A DNA stretch of 64,000 nucleotides from Acidobacteriota bacterium (GCA_965248695.1 CBDFKD010000002.1:5600001-5664000); one strand, 5' to 3'; positions 9,479 to 19,567 are shown, counted from the first letter of the stretch. Notes: generated by a model not told the origin, from the letters alone. Translations and numbers: made by a program.

Positions 9479-9599
9479 GGTGTCGTGAGATACGTCTTGC
9501 ATCCGATCGCCAGCCTGGGCGGCATGGTACGGTAGCGTGGGTCGCAAGCGTAGGCACGGCACCTCGACGAGCTGAGCTCCCGAAGACAGGAGAATGACG

Positions 9600-10865
9600 A
9601 TGAGCGACGATCTACACGGCCGGGATCGAACAGAACGACGACCACCTAGGGAACAGCCGACGATCGGCCGAGCAGGCCTGGCGCTGGCGGCGGTGCTGGC
9701 GGCGTTCCTGCTGGTGGCAGTGTCTGTGTTGAGCACGAGCGCAACCGTCAACGCGGCGCCGCGCCCAACCATCCAGGCGCAACAGGCCGCTGACCCCGCT
9801 ACCCTCGACACCGCGTCGATGAGCAACGATGAGTTCGCTACGCTGCTGGCGTCAGCGGAGCTCGGACCCTACGCGCGTGAGGACGCTCTCGCCGATGCGT
9901 TCTCGCTAGAGCGCGCCGCCGCCTTCCTCGATCGAGTTGCCGTGGCATGGGGTGAGAAGTACGGCTGCGTCACCTGCCATACGAACGGTTTGTATCTCGC
10001 GGCACCGCCCGAGATCTTCGCCGAGCGCCGTGCCTTCGAGATAGCACACGATCAGGCTGCTCGCTTCGTGCGCTCCTGGCGCGCCAACGACGTGCCTGGC
10101 AACGATGCGCCAGCCCCCCCAGACGTGACGGACGTCGTTGGCACGTCTGCGTTTCTGGCCATCAACGAGGCCCAGTCGGGTGCAAGCGAGCTCAGCGACA
10201 TCGCCGCGGAGGCGCTCGACCACGCCTGGTCGCTACAGGACGAAGGGGGCCACTGGACTGGGTTTGTATCCAACTGGCCGCCGTTCTACGATCGCCACTG
10301 GCCCGTCACGCTGATGGCGATCGCTACCGGCATGGCTCCGGGCGACTACCCCAGCACCGATGCTGCTGTACAGGGGATGCGCAGGATTCGTGCCTACATC
10401 GCCGCCAATCCGCCCGAGTTCGCCCACAACCGCGGCATGCTGCTATGGGCCGGCAGTGTCAACGAGGGGCTGATCAGCGACGCCGATCGCCAACTTTGGA
10501 TCGACGAGCTTCTCGGTCTGCAGCGTGATGACGGTGGCTGGGCCGCGGGACAGCTCGGCGTATGGCGTATGCGCATGGGACTCGAATCCGATCCCCCGGT
10601 GACTGTCGAAAGTGATGGATACGGCACCGGCTTCGTCATGTACGTTCTGCGACAGGCCGGAGTCCCGGCGTCGCACGCGGCGATCCAACGCGGCGTCGGC
10701 TGGTTGAAGACGAACCAGCGTGCCGGTGGCTACTGGTGGACCCAGTCCATACGCAATAGCTTCACAACCTCGAACTTTCTGACGCACGCCGGCACGATGT
10801 TCGCGGTCAAGGCGCTTGCGGCCACGGCGGTCGAAGCGGGCGGTGTCGCCGAAGCGGAGCGTTGA
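9600..10865 (+). CDS. Secreted prenyltransferase/squalene-hopene-cyclase-fold protein with CxxCH, copy 1
   Basis: QW-like repeats (LQDEGGHW, LQRDDGGW, NQRAGGYW), SDGYGTGF, CVTCH; hydrophobic N-terminal leader. Start inferred from the paralog. Confidence 0.8.
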   Translation: MSDDLHGRDRTERRPPREQPTIGRAGLALAAVLAAFLLVAVSVLSTSATVNAAPRPTIQAQQAADPATLDTASMSNDEFATLLASAELGPYAREDALADAFSLERAAAFLDRVAVAWGEKYGCVTCHTNGLYLAAPPEIFAERRAFEIAHDQAARFVRSWRANDVPGNDAPAPPDVTDVVGTSAFLAINEAQSGASELSDIAAEALDHAWSLQDEGGHWTGFVSNWPPFYDRHWPVTLMAIATGMAPGDYPSTDAAVQGMRRIRAYIAANPPEFAHNRGMLLWAGSVNEGLISDADRQLWIDELLGLQRDDGGWAAGQLGVWRMRMGLESDPPVTVESDGYGTGFVMYVLRQAGVPASHAAIQRGVGWLKTNQRAGGYWWTQSIRNSFTTSNFLTHAGTMFAVKALAATAVEAGGVAEAER

Positions 10866-11002
10866 GGGAGGGCCACCACGACGCGCCCATCGTCGCTGAC
10901 GCTCAACCTCGATGGCTTCGGTTACAAGGTCTCGATTCTCGCGCCTGACTACTGGTTGCCTTCGATCGGACAAGACGAGCTCACACGGACAGGAGAACGA
11001 CG

Positions 11003-12289
11003 ATGGGCGACGATCGACACGGCGGGGATCGGACCGAACTACGACTACCTGGCGACGAGCCCACGAAGGTCCGAGCAGGCCTGGCGCTGGCGGGAGTGCT
11101 AGCGACGGTCCTGCTGGTAGCGGTTTCCGTGCTGAGCACGACCGCGACCGTCGACGCAGCGTCGCATCCGCCGATCCAGGCGCAGCAGGCCGCCGACGTT
11201 GCGACCCCCGACACCGAGTCGATGAGCAACGAGGAGCTCGCAACGCTGCTGGCGTCGGCGGAGCTAGGCCCCTACGCGCGTGAGGACGCTCTCGCCGACA
11301 CGTTCTCGATGGAGCGCGCCGCCAGCTTCCTCGATCGGGTTGCCGTGACCTGGGGTGAGAAGTACGGCTGCGTCACCTGCCATACGAACGGTTTGTATCT
11401 CACCGCGCCGCCCGAGATCTTCGGCGAGCGCCGTGCTTTCGAGATCACACACAGCCAGGCTGCCCGTTTCGTGCGCTCCTGGCGCGCCGACGACGTGCCT
11501 GAACACGATGCAAAACACCTACAGCAGACGTACTCCCCACACGTGGTGAACATCATTGGCACGTCGGCGTTCTTGGCCATCAACGAGGCCCAGTCGGGTG
11601 CAAGCGAGCTCAGCGACATCGCCGCGGAGGCGCTCGACCACGCCTGGTCGCTACAGGACGAAGGCGGCCATTGGGCCGATTGGACGGTAAACAACTGGCC
11701 ACCGTTCGAGTCCGATTTTCACTTCCCCGTCACGCTGATGGCGATCGCCACCGGCATGGCTCCGGGCGACTACCCCAGCACCGATGCTGCTGTACAGGGG
11801 ATGCGCAGGATTCGCGCCCACATCGCCGCCAATCCGCCCGAGTTCGCCCACAACCGCGGCATGCTGCTATGGGCCGGCAGTGTCAACGAGGGGCTGATCA
11901 GCGACGCCGATCGCCAACTTTGGATCGACGAGCTTCTCGGTCTGCAGCGTGACGACGGTGGTTGGGCTTCCGGCGGGCTGGGCGTGTGGCGCATGCGCAA
12001 GGGTCTTCCTTCCGATCCCCCGGTCACCGTCGAGAGCGACGGCTACGGCACCGGCTTCGTCATCTATGTCCTGCGACAGGCGGGCGTGCCGGCTTCGAAC
12101 GCGGCAATTCAGCGCGGTGTCGGCTGGTTGAAGACGAACCAGCGCGCCGGCGGGTACTGGTGGACCCAGTCCATACGCAACAGCTTCACAACCTCGAACT
12201 ACCTTACTCACGCCGGCACGACGTTCGCGCTCAAAGCGCTCGCGGCCACTGCGCTCGAAACGGGGGGCGTCGCCGATCTCGAGCGTTGA
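11003..12289 (+). CDS. Secreted prenyltransferase/squalene-hopene-cyclase-fold protein with CxxCH, copy 2
   Basis: Tandem paralog of 9600..10865 with the same motifs and long near-identical DNA tracts. Confidence 0.8.
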   Translation: MGDDRHGGDRTELRLPGDEPTKVRAGLALAGVLATVLLVAVSVLSTTATVDAASHPPIQAQQAADVATPDTESMSNEELATLLASAELGPYAREDALADTFSMERAASFLDRVAVTWGEKYGCVTCHTNGLYLTAPPEIFGERRAFEITHSQAARFVRSWRADDVPEHDAKHLQQTYSPHVVNIIGTSAFLAINEAQSGASELSDIAAEALDHAWSLQDEGGHWADWTVNNWPPFESDFHFPVTLMAIATGMAPGDYPSTDAAVQGMRRIRAHIAANPPEFAHNRGMLLWAGSVNEGLISDADRQLWIDELLGLQRDDGGWASGGLGVWRMRKGLPSDPPVTVESDGYGTGFVIYVLRQAGVPASNAAIQRGVGWLKTNQRAGGYWWTQSIRNSFTTSNYLTHAGTTFALKALAATALETGGVADLER

Positions 12290-12319
12290 ACGCCACCGTC
12301 GGAGAGCTTGGAGGACGGG

Positions 12320-13654
12320 ATGAGCAAGAAGGCGGAAGGAACGACGTCGACTCGGCGTGACTTGGCGCGCAGCGCCGTTGTCGCGTACACCGCCGCCGCC
12401 ATGGGGGTTCCCCGGAACCTGCTTGCCAGGGCGATCCGAGAGCCGGCCCAGATGGGCGGTGGGGGTTCGGGGCCCGCTGGGTTTCGAAGAAACACAGTAG
12501 ACGCCGAGTACTATACGGACGAAGCGCGCTACCTGTTCGATGAGCGCCTGGTGGCCGACCACTTCTGGCAAATGGTCGACCACGAGAGCAGGATCCCTGA
12601 TGCGGGCGACTTCTTCGTGTTCGAGTTCGGTCGCACCGAGAGCATCCTGATCGTGCGCGGGCGGGACAACGCAGTCCGCGGCTTCTACAACGTCTGCCGC
12701 CACCGCGGCTCGCGCCTGTGTCGTCACGATGCGGATCCGATCCCCGGGGATCCGCGCCTGTCAGTCAAGCAGCTCAGCCAGTCGGGCAGCTCACCGGTGT
12801 TCCGCTGCCCGTACCACGCCTGGACGTACGACACCGAAGGCAGCCTGATCTATGCCTACGGCATGCAGGAGGACTTCGACCCGGCCGACAACGGTCTGAT
12901 CCCCTGCCACCTTCGCGTGGCAGACGGCTTCATCTTCGTGAACCTGTCGCCCGAGCCGGAGGCGCCGGAGTTCGAGTCAGCGATCGAGCCCTTCCGCACC
13001 GATGTGGGCGGACCCCACGGCACCGCCCAGCTGAAGGTCGGCGAACGGGTCTACGTTCCGATGCACGCCAACTGGAAGCTGGCGCTGGAGAACTTCCTGG
13101 AGTGCTACCACTGCGGTCCGTCGCACGACTACCTCTGCCACGTGTACCCGGGCTCTGACCTCACAACCCCTTCGGAGAGACAAGGAAAGGGTGGCCTGCT
13201 CAACGGATTCGTCAGCGGCACGATGGACGGCAAGGCGGCGGCACCGTTGCTGCCCGCCTTCGAGGGCACCGATGCGAGGATGACGTCACGCACGTCGACC
13301 GAAACGGCCACCGGTTGGTCGACCGGCTACTGGCTCGGGTACGACGATTACGTCTTCGCGGTGAGGTTCACTCCTCGCGATATCAAGCTCACCGACGTGG
13401 AGTGCATCTGGCTGGTGCATCCGGATGCGAAGCGCGGCGTGGACTACGACGCCGAGAAGCTCAAGGAGGTGTGGCTCGTCACGCTGCTGGAGGACATCTG
13501 GTTGTGCGAGAACAACCACGACGGAATGCGCTCCGGCGCCTACCGACCCGGGCGCTACGCCACCCATGAGATCGGCAGCGTCTTGCCGGCCAATTTCATC
13601 CACTGGTACATGAACGCCGTGGCGGGTGACGTCGACCGCGTGATGCCGTACTAA
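12320..13654 (+). CDS. Rieske oxygenase alpha subunit (GbcA/Stc2-like) with Tat-like leader, copy 1
   Basis: TRRDLAR leader; CRH-x34-CPYH; NWKLALENFLECYHCGPSH and LEDIW mononuclear-iron motifs; RBS GGAGG. Confidence 0.9.
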   Translation: MSKKAEGTTSTRRDLARSAVVAYTAAAMGVPRNLLARAIREPAQMGGGGSGPAGFRRNTVDAEYYTDEARYLFDERLVADHFWQMVDHESRIPDAGDFFVFEFGRTESILIVRGRDNAVRGFYNVCRHRGSRLCRHDADPIPGDPRLSVKQLSQSGSSPVFRCPYHAWTYDTEGSLIYAYGMQEDFDPADNGLIPCHLRVADGFIFVNLSPEPEAPEFESAIEPFRTDVGGPHGTAQLKVGERVYVPMHANWKLALENFLECYHCGPSHDYLCHVYPGSDLTTPSERQGKGGLLNGFVSGTMDGKAAAPLLPAFEGTDARMTSRTSTETATGWSTGYWLGYDDYVFAVRFTPRDIKLTDVECIWLVHPDAKRGVDYDAEKLKEVWLVTLLEDIWLCENNHDGMRSGAYRPGRYATHEIGSVLPANFIHWYMNAVAGDVDRVMPY

Positions 13655-13688
13655 CGCGGCGAGCGAGCTCCGCCTACCCGAGGTGCAC

Positions 13689-15623
13689 ATGAGCGATCGG
13701 GATCTTGATTTGGGGATGCGCCGGGAGATCACCCGTCGCGATTTCGTCTCCGGTGTCAGCGTAGCGCTGAGCGGTAGCCTCGCATTGCCGTGGGCGCAGA
13801 CCCACGCCCTGGCGGCCCCCGGGGCGCCGGCAGCACCCCTGCAGACGACGGCGGCCGCGTATCCACCGATCCGGACCGGTATGCGTGGCAGTCACGAAGG
13901 CTCCTACGAGGTTGCGCACCAGCTTCGAGATGGCATGCGCTGGGACGACCCGGAGGAGACCGGTGAGTTCTACGACCTGATCGTGGTCGGGGGCGGCATC
14001 AGTGGCCTGGCGGCGGCGTGGTTTTACCGAGAAGCGGTTCCCGAGGCCCGCATCCTGATCCTCGACAACCACGACGACTTCGGCGGTCACGCCAAGCGCA
14101 ACGAGTTCTGGCACGAAGGTCGGATGTTGCTATCGCACGGCGGCACCATCGAGATTGTCAACTTGAACCGCTACGGCAGCGCCGCCAAGCGCCTGATTCA
14201 TGCCCTCGGGATCGACGTACGGCGCTACCCGGAGTTCTTGAATCGCGAGTTGTATTCCTCACTCGGGTTGCGGAGCTCGGTGTTCTTCGACCGCGAGACC
14301 TTCGGCAGCGATCGCTTGTTGGTGGGCGAGGGTGAACCCTCCTGGCGCGAGTTTCTGGCGCGCGCGCCCCTGTCGGAGGCCGCCCGCGAACAGATCGTGC
14401 GATTGCACGAAACGAAGGTCGATTACCTGCCGGAGATGACGCTGCCGGAGAAGCGCGACCACCTCAGGCAAACCAGCTATGAGGATTTTCTCCTCGATGC
14501 CGCCAAGATCAGCCCGGAGGCGGTCTCCTTTCTCGAAACGTCCAACGGCTGGGCGATCGGTCTCGATGCCATCTCTGCCTGGGTAGGCGTCGGTAGCGGA
14601 TGGGCCGGCACCGAGGGGCTCGGGTTCGGTGAGGACGACAGCTGGGGAGCTGAAACCGCCGAGGAGCGACTCTACTTCCAGTTTCCCGATGGCAACTCGT
14701 CGATCGCGCGCCTGCTCGTTCGGTCGCTGGTGCCGGGGGTAGCGCCGGGCAGCACGATGGAGGACATCGTCGCCGCCGAATTCGACTACGGGCAACTCGA
14801 CCGCGAGGACTCTGCCGCCCGCATTCGTCTCGACAGCACGGCAGTAAGGGTGCGCCACCTGGGAGACCCTCAGACCGCCGCCGAGGTCGAAGTCACCTAC
14901 GTCCGCGGCGGGCGTGCCGCCCGCGTCCGCGCCGGCCAGTGTGTCCTTGCCTGCTACAACGCCGTCATCCCTCACATCTGCGACGAGCTTCCGAACCGCC
15001 AAAAGCAAGCGCTGTCGCAGGCGTTGAAGGCGCCCCTCATCTACACGAATGTTCTGATCCGCAACTGGACCGCCTTCGCCAAGCTCGGCGTGGACGCCGT
15101 GCGCTGCCCGGGGAGCTACTTCGACGACATCAACCTGAAGCCGCCGATCAGCATCGGAGGGTACCGACACGCTGAAACGCCCGACGAGCCCACCGTGGTG
15201 CGCTTGTGGCGAGCCCCCTTGGTGCCGGAAGCTCGTGGGCTTTCCGCGGCCGAGCAGTGGAAGGCCGGCCGCCGGGGTCTATTGACGACGACGTTCGAGA
15301 CCTTCGAGCGCAAGATCAGGGACCAACTCGGCCGGATACTGTCGGCCGGGGGCTTCGATCCGGCGCGCGACATCGAGGCCATTACCGTGAACCGCTGGCC
15401 ACACGGCTACGCCTACGGCCACGATCCGGAGACCGGCCAGGTGGCGTGGAGGCTCGACGAGCTACCGCCCGAGCGTCGTCCGTGGCTTGCCGCCCGACGG
15501 CCCTTCGGCCGCATCGCGATCGCCAACTCGGACGCGATGGCGGACGCCATGACCGAGGGTGCGATCGGCGCGGCGCATCTGGCGGTCGAGGCGCTCGTCG
15601 CGCTTGAGACGACGCCACGATGA
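13689..15623 (+). CDS. Tat-exported spermidine dehydrogenase (SpdH)-like FAD/heme b oxidoreductase, copy 1
   Basis: TRRDFVSG; YPPIRTGMRGSH..EVAH; VVGGGISG; NHDDFGGHAKRNEF; NRWPHGYA; IAIANSD. Confidence 0.88.
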   Translation: MSDRDLDLGMRREITRRDFVSGVSVALSGSLALPWAQTHALAAPGAPAAPLQTTAAAYPPIRTGMRGSHEGSYEVAHQLRDGMRWDDPEETGEFYDLIVVGGGISGLAAAWFYREAVPEARILILDNHDDFGGHAKRNEFWHEGRMLLSHGGTIEIVNLNRYGSAAKRLIHALGIDVRRYPEFLNRELYSSLGLRSSVFFDRETFGSDRLLVGEGEPSWREFLARAPLSEAAREQIVRLHETKVDYLPEMTLPEKRDHLRQTSYEDFLLDAAKISPEAVSFLETSNGWAIGLDAISAWVGVGSGWAGTEGLGFGEDDSWGAETAEERLYFQFPDGNSSIARLLVRSLVPGVAPGSTMEDIVAAEFDYGQLDREDSAARIRLDSTAVRVRHLGDPQTAAEVEVTYVRGGRAARVRAGQCVLACYNAVIPHICDELPNRQKQALSQALKAPLIYTNVLIRNWTAFAKLGVDAVRCPGSYFDDINLKPPISIGGYRHAETPDEPTVVRLWRAPLVPEARGLSAAEQWKAGRRGLLTTTFETFERKIRDQLGRILSAGGFDPARDIEAITVNRWPHGYAYGHDPETGQVAWRLDELPPERRPWLAARRPFGRIAIANSDAMADAMTEGAIGAAHLAVEALVALETTPR

Positions 15624-15696
15624 AACATTCGTGAGTTCCGGGCCGCCGGCCCTCACTCCGTTGCGCCGAACTCTCGTACCATCCGCCGACCCGCGC

Positions 15697-17034
15697 TCAG
15701 ATGCCGCTGAGGTAATCGAGCTCGAGACGGGCCGTGCTATTGCCGAAGCTCTCTACTGGAACACCCAGCTTGTCGAGCAGCGCGACATGCAGGTTCGCGA
15801 GCGGCGTGCCCTCGCCGTAGCGAATGTACTGTCCACCCTCGAGCTGGCCGGCGCCCCCACCGGCTAGCACGATCGGCAGATCGTTGACGATATGGCCGTT
15901 GCCGTCGTTCATGCCGGCGCCGAACTTGATGACCATCTGATCCAGCAACGACCCGTCGCCGTCCGGCGTCGCGGCCAGCTTCTCCAGCAGATGGCTGAAC
16001 AGCCTCGCATGGTAGCGGTTGATCTGGGCACACTTGTCCATCTTCTCGGGGTCATTGCGGTGGTGCGAGATCGGGTGGTGCGAGTCGGGTACACCGATCT
16101 CGGGGTAGGTGCGGCCGTTGAACTCCCTTCCCATCATGAACGTGCAGACGCGAGTGATGTCGGCCTGGTAAGCAATTACCTGCAGGTCGAACATCAACTT
16201 CGCATGCTCCGCGTAGTCGCCTGGAACGCCGGCTGGTCGGTCGAACGCCGGCAGCTCGACGTTCTGCTCGACCGCTCGCTGAATGCGCTGCTCCACCGCG
16301 CGCACGCTCTCCAAGTATCCAGTCAGTCGGGATTGGTCGCTCGGACCGACCTTGTTCTTGAGCAGCGCGACCTCAGCGAGCACCGAATCGAGAATGCTGG
16401 TCTTGCGGAGTGCGCTGGCGCGGCGCGCCGCCGGATCGGTGGTGTCTTCGCCGAACAAGCGCTCGAAGACGGCCGCAGGATCGGTCTCCATCGGCAGCGG
16501 CGAAGTCGGTCCGGCCCAGGAGATCGTTCCCGTGTAGATACAGCTTCCATCGTCGCAAGTCGCCGCGGCGTCCACCGTATCCAGAGCGAGCTCGAGCGAT
16601 GGCAGCTGTGTTGTCCGACCCAGTTCCCGGGCCGCCAGCTGGTCCATCGAGATGCCGGCTTTGAGCGCACGGCTGGGGTGCACGTTGGTCAGGAACTTCG
16701 TGCTCGCCCTCGCGTGAACCGCGGAGGGGGCGCCGGGTGGCCTGATCGGGTCGCTGTCGAGCCCGCCCAACACCTTCAGTCGATCGCGAAACGGCTCCAG
16801 CGGTTTCAAGGCGTACGAAAACTCGAAGTCGGAACCCACCTCGGCGGGGAACCAACGATCCGGGATCACGCCGTTCGGCACATAGACGGCGCCAAAGCGT
16901 TTTATCGCTTTGGCCGGCGTCTGACTGAGAGCGGTGGCCGCAGGCACCATCGCGTCCAGCAGCGGAAGTGCGACGGCAGCGCCCAACCCGCGTAGTACCG
17001 TGCGCCGGGGAATGGCCTTCTTGGCGATGATCAT
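15697..17034 (-). CDS. DUF1552 domain protein (Tat-like leader)
   Basis: IPRRTVLRGLGAAVALPLLDAM, YVPNG, HHPISHH, DGDGSLLD, LPIVLAGG. Start at MIIAKK. Confidence 0.88.
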   Translation of the reverse strand: MIIAKKAIPRRTVLRGLGAAVALPLLDAMVPAATALSQTPAKAIKRFGAVYVPNGVIPDRWFPAEVGSDFEFSYALKPLEPFRDRLKVLGGLDSDPIRPPGAPSAVHARASTKFLTNVHPSRALKAGISMDQLAARELGRTTQLPSLELALDTVDAAATCDDGSCIYTGTISWAGPTSPLPMETDPAAVFERLFGEDTTDPAARRASALRKTSILDSVLAEVALLKNKVGPSDQSRLTGYLESVRAVEQRIQRAVEQNVELPAFDRPAGVPGDYAEHAKLMFDLQVIAYQADITRVCTFMMGREFNGRTYPEIGVPDSHHPISHHRNDPEKMDKCAQINRYHARLFSHLLEKLAATPDGDGSLLDQMVIKFGAGMNDGNGHIVNDLPIVLAGGGAGQLEGGQYIRYGEGTPLANLHVALLDKLGVPVESFGNSTARLELDYLSGI

Positions 17035-17195
17035 GACGCAGTGCTCTCCATCTGAAGCGGCGCTCTCCCCATCTGGAATGGCTCGCTGGCGACGATTCCC
17101 TGGATGATAGCCGACCACCGGCAATCGGTGGCGGCGGCGCGCCGCAGAATCCTACGAATGGAGGGATTGTCGTAGTACTCGAGTCCTCGGCCGAA
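17031..17195 (-). pseudogene. 3' remnant of DUF1592/DUF1585 (PSD/cytochrome c) partner gene
   Basis: FGRGLEYYDNPSIRRILRRAAATDCRWSAIIQGIVASEPFQM...; its TGA overlaps the DUF1552 ATG (ATGA); in-frame stop upstream at 17229-17231. Confidence 0.75.
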
Positions 17196-17343
17196 CGGGT
17201 CAGATCGCCTGGATGCTCGACGTAGGCCTCAAGAGTCCGCTCTTCACGTTGTCGTAGCTGGATCTCGGGGGTAGAGTTCACCTCCTCGTTGGTTCACGGA
17301 GCGCGCTGAACGGGAAACGTCGGGCGCCGGGTAAGAGCAGACA

Positions 17344-19401
17344 ATGCGCCGAATAAGGCTCGCTAGCTCCTTTGTGGCAATCACGCTGTTGGCGGGGCTT
17401 TCGCACGCCGGCGGGCAGCTCTCCCAGACCGAGAGCCAGATCCTGGGCGCGCTGGACAAAGACAGGACCCTCGCCCTCACCCGCCGCCTCTCGGAAGAGC
17501 TGGTCAAGAACGACTCCGGTGGGGGCGCCGGCTCGGCCATCGCCGGCAGCGCCGATGAACGCCTCTTGGCCGGCTTCATCGAGGCCGAAATGACCCGGAT
17601 GGGTCTGGACGTGCGGCGCGAGAGCTTTCCCGTGCACGCCTACGACTACGGCAAAGTACTGCTGCGGGCAGCGGGCAGACAGCTGGCGGCGATTACCCAA
17701 CATTCCGGCGGTGGCACCTGGGGCACGGCCGAGCGCGTGCCGTACACCAAGGGCAACACGTCTGCTGGACGGGTCTTGCGAGCGGCCTTGCTCGATGCCG
17801 GAGAAGGCTGGGTTAATGACTACGCTGATCTGAGCGAGGTGCCCGGCAACGCCGTGCTCGTGCGCCGCGGAGACGACTGGCTCAACAGCCAGGTCGTGAT
17901 GGAGGCGGCGGAACAGGGAGCCTCCGCGATCTTGCTCTACGACTACGACAGCGGTGCGGAGGCCCCACAGGACTCGATCCAGCAGATGAGCATCGTCTAC
18001 CGCGACCCGATCCCGACCGTAACGATCAGCAACAGCGATGCGGCATGGCTCAAGGAGCGCCTCGCCGAGGGCGAGGTGATGATCGAGCTGGAAAACCGGG
18101 TCGACGTCGAATACGGCTCCTCAGAGAACGTCATCGGCATGATCCGGGGCCGGGAGTATCCAGACGAATGGATCATCGTCTCGGCGCACCACGACCGCTG
18201 GTGGCAGGGGGCCCAGGACGACAGCGTCGGGGTGGCCGTCATGCTGGAGTTGGCGCGCGTGATCTCGGAGGGCTACCGGCCGCGGCGCAGCTTCCTCTTC
18301 ATTGGCTTCGGCAGCGAAGAGGTCGGAGGGCTGTGGACCCAGTTCGACTGGCTGGCGGGCTCGCATGCGTTCATCCGGGCACACCCCGAGATCACCTCGC
18401 GGTTGGCCTATGCCTTCAACCTGGACATCGCTGGATGGACGGGGCGCGAGGGCCGCGTGAACGCCACCCCCGACCAGGTTGCCTTCCAACGCGAACTGCT
18501 GGCGGACCTCGGCCTCGACGAGCGGGTGACGGTGCGTGAGCACGTCAGTACCGGCGTCGATGCCTGGTCACTCGGAGGTGTTCGGGGCGGAGCGGTGGCA
18601 ACCCTGAGCTGGACGGGTGACGTCCCCTACAGCCGCTACTACCACACGCAGCACGATGTCTATCGAGCCGAGGACTATGCCAACCTGGAGCACGATCTGC
18701 GACACGGGGCACTCGGCGTGTTGCGGATGGACCAGGCTGTCGTCCTGCCCGTCGGCTTTTCGGAGATCGCCGGCTGGGTCGCCAAAGAGCTCGAGAGGCT
18801 CGAGCAGACGCTCTCGGGTCTCTCGGCGCCGACCGACCTGCTTCGCGACGCCGGACAGGCGGCAGAGCGCCTGCGCGTGCAGGGCGACAGGTTGACCGCG
18901 TCGTCTGCGTCTTTGGCGGATGGAGATCACGCGGCCATGGTCAACGCCCTCTTGATGAACACCCGGCATGATCTCGTTCCCTGGCTTCTGAACACGGAAG
19001 CGCGTCTGCGCGGGAGCGGGCACGCGGACGATGTCGTCGCCCTCCAGAGGGCGCGTATCGCTGCCGCGGATGGAGATGCCGAGGCTGCAGCTACTGCGCT
19101 CGAAGAAGTCAACACGATGCTGTGGGGCAAGCGGGTCTCGTCCGGGACCTATCGCGCCGAGAGGCTGCTCTCCTACGAGCCAACCGGTTGGATGTGGGAG
19201 TTCGACCAGCACCCGCGTCCGGTCAGCCCCGAGCTCTACACCATCTACTCGAAGCTCCGGGCAGGGCGCGGCGCCGATTCGGTCGCCGGGATCGGCAGGC
19301 TCGAGGCGCAGGCGGAGGGCTCGCTGCGGGAGGCCTTGTTCATCGTCAGCGGCAAGCTCAGGGACGCCGCGAGGGCGCTCGCCGACACTCCTCTACCGTA
19401 G
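17344..19401 (+). CDS. Secreted M28 family metallopeptidase with PA domain
   Basis: Signal peptide; SAHHD, GAQDD, GSEE, NLD and YHT zinc-ligand motifs. Confidence 0.88.
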   Translation: MRRIRLASSFVAITLLAGLSHAGGQLSQTESQILGALDKDRTLALTRRLSEELVKNDSGGGAGSAIAGSADERLLAGFIEAEMTRMGLDVRRESFPVHAYDYGKVLLRAAGRQLAAITQHSGGGTWGTAERVPYTKGNTSAGRVLRAALLDAGEGWVNDYADLSEVPGNAVLVRRGDDWLNSQVVMEAAEQGASAILLYDYDSGAEAPQDSIQQMSIVYRDPIPTVTISNSDAAWLKERLAEGEVMIELENRVDVEYGSSENVIGMIRGREYPDEWIIVSAHHDRWWQGAQDDSVGVAVMLELARVISEGYRPRRSFLFIGFGSEEVGGLWTQFDWLAGSHAFIRAHPEITSRLAYAFNLDIAGWTGREGRVNATPDQVAFQRELLADLGLDERVTVREHVSTGVDAWSLGGVRGGAVATLSWTGDVPYSRYYHTQHDVYRAEDYANLEHDLRHGALGVLRMDQAVVLPVGFSEIAGWVAKELERLEQTLSGLSAPTDLLRDAGQAAERLRVQGDRLTASSASLADGDHAAMVNALLMNTRHDLVPWLLNTEARLRGSGHADDVVALQRARIAAADGDAEAAATALEEVNTMLWGKRVSSGTYRAERLLSYEPTGWMWEFDQHPRPVSPELYTIYSKLRAGRGADSVAGIGRLEAQAEGSLREALFIVSGKLRDAARALADTPLP

Positions 19402-19567
19402 GCTCGGGTGCCTCTAATCGGAAGAGTCGGTCGGCTCCCTACTGTTAACCGGCGCCCGGTCGTGATACGCCTGAGCCAGACTCCCGACGGGGACGAAGCC
19501 CGATTCGGAGAACGTGGTCGGGAGCTCTTGCACCGCGCCACTTCAGCCCGTTGATCGAGGAGAGTCC

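Noticed and set aside
9600-12289. Hopanoid biosynthesis (shc)
   Set aside because: Too short, exported, no DxDD motif and no hpn neighbours.
16373-17281. 302-aa minus-strand ORF with a good RBS
   Set aside because: Mostly out of frame within DUF1552 and low complexity. Its first ~30 codons could be a relic start but cannot be supported.
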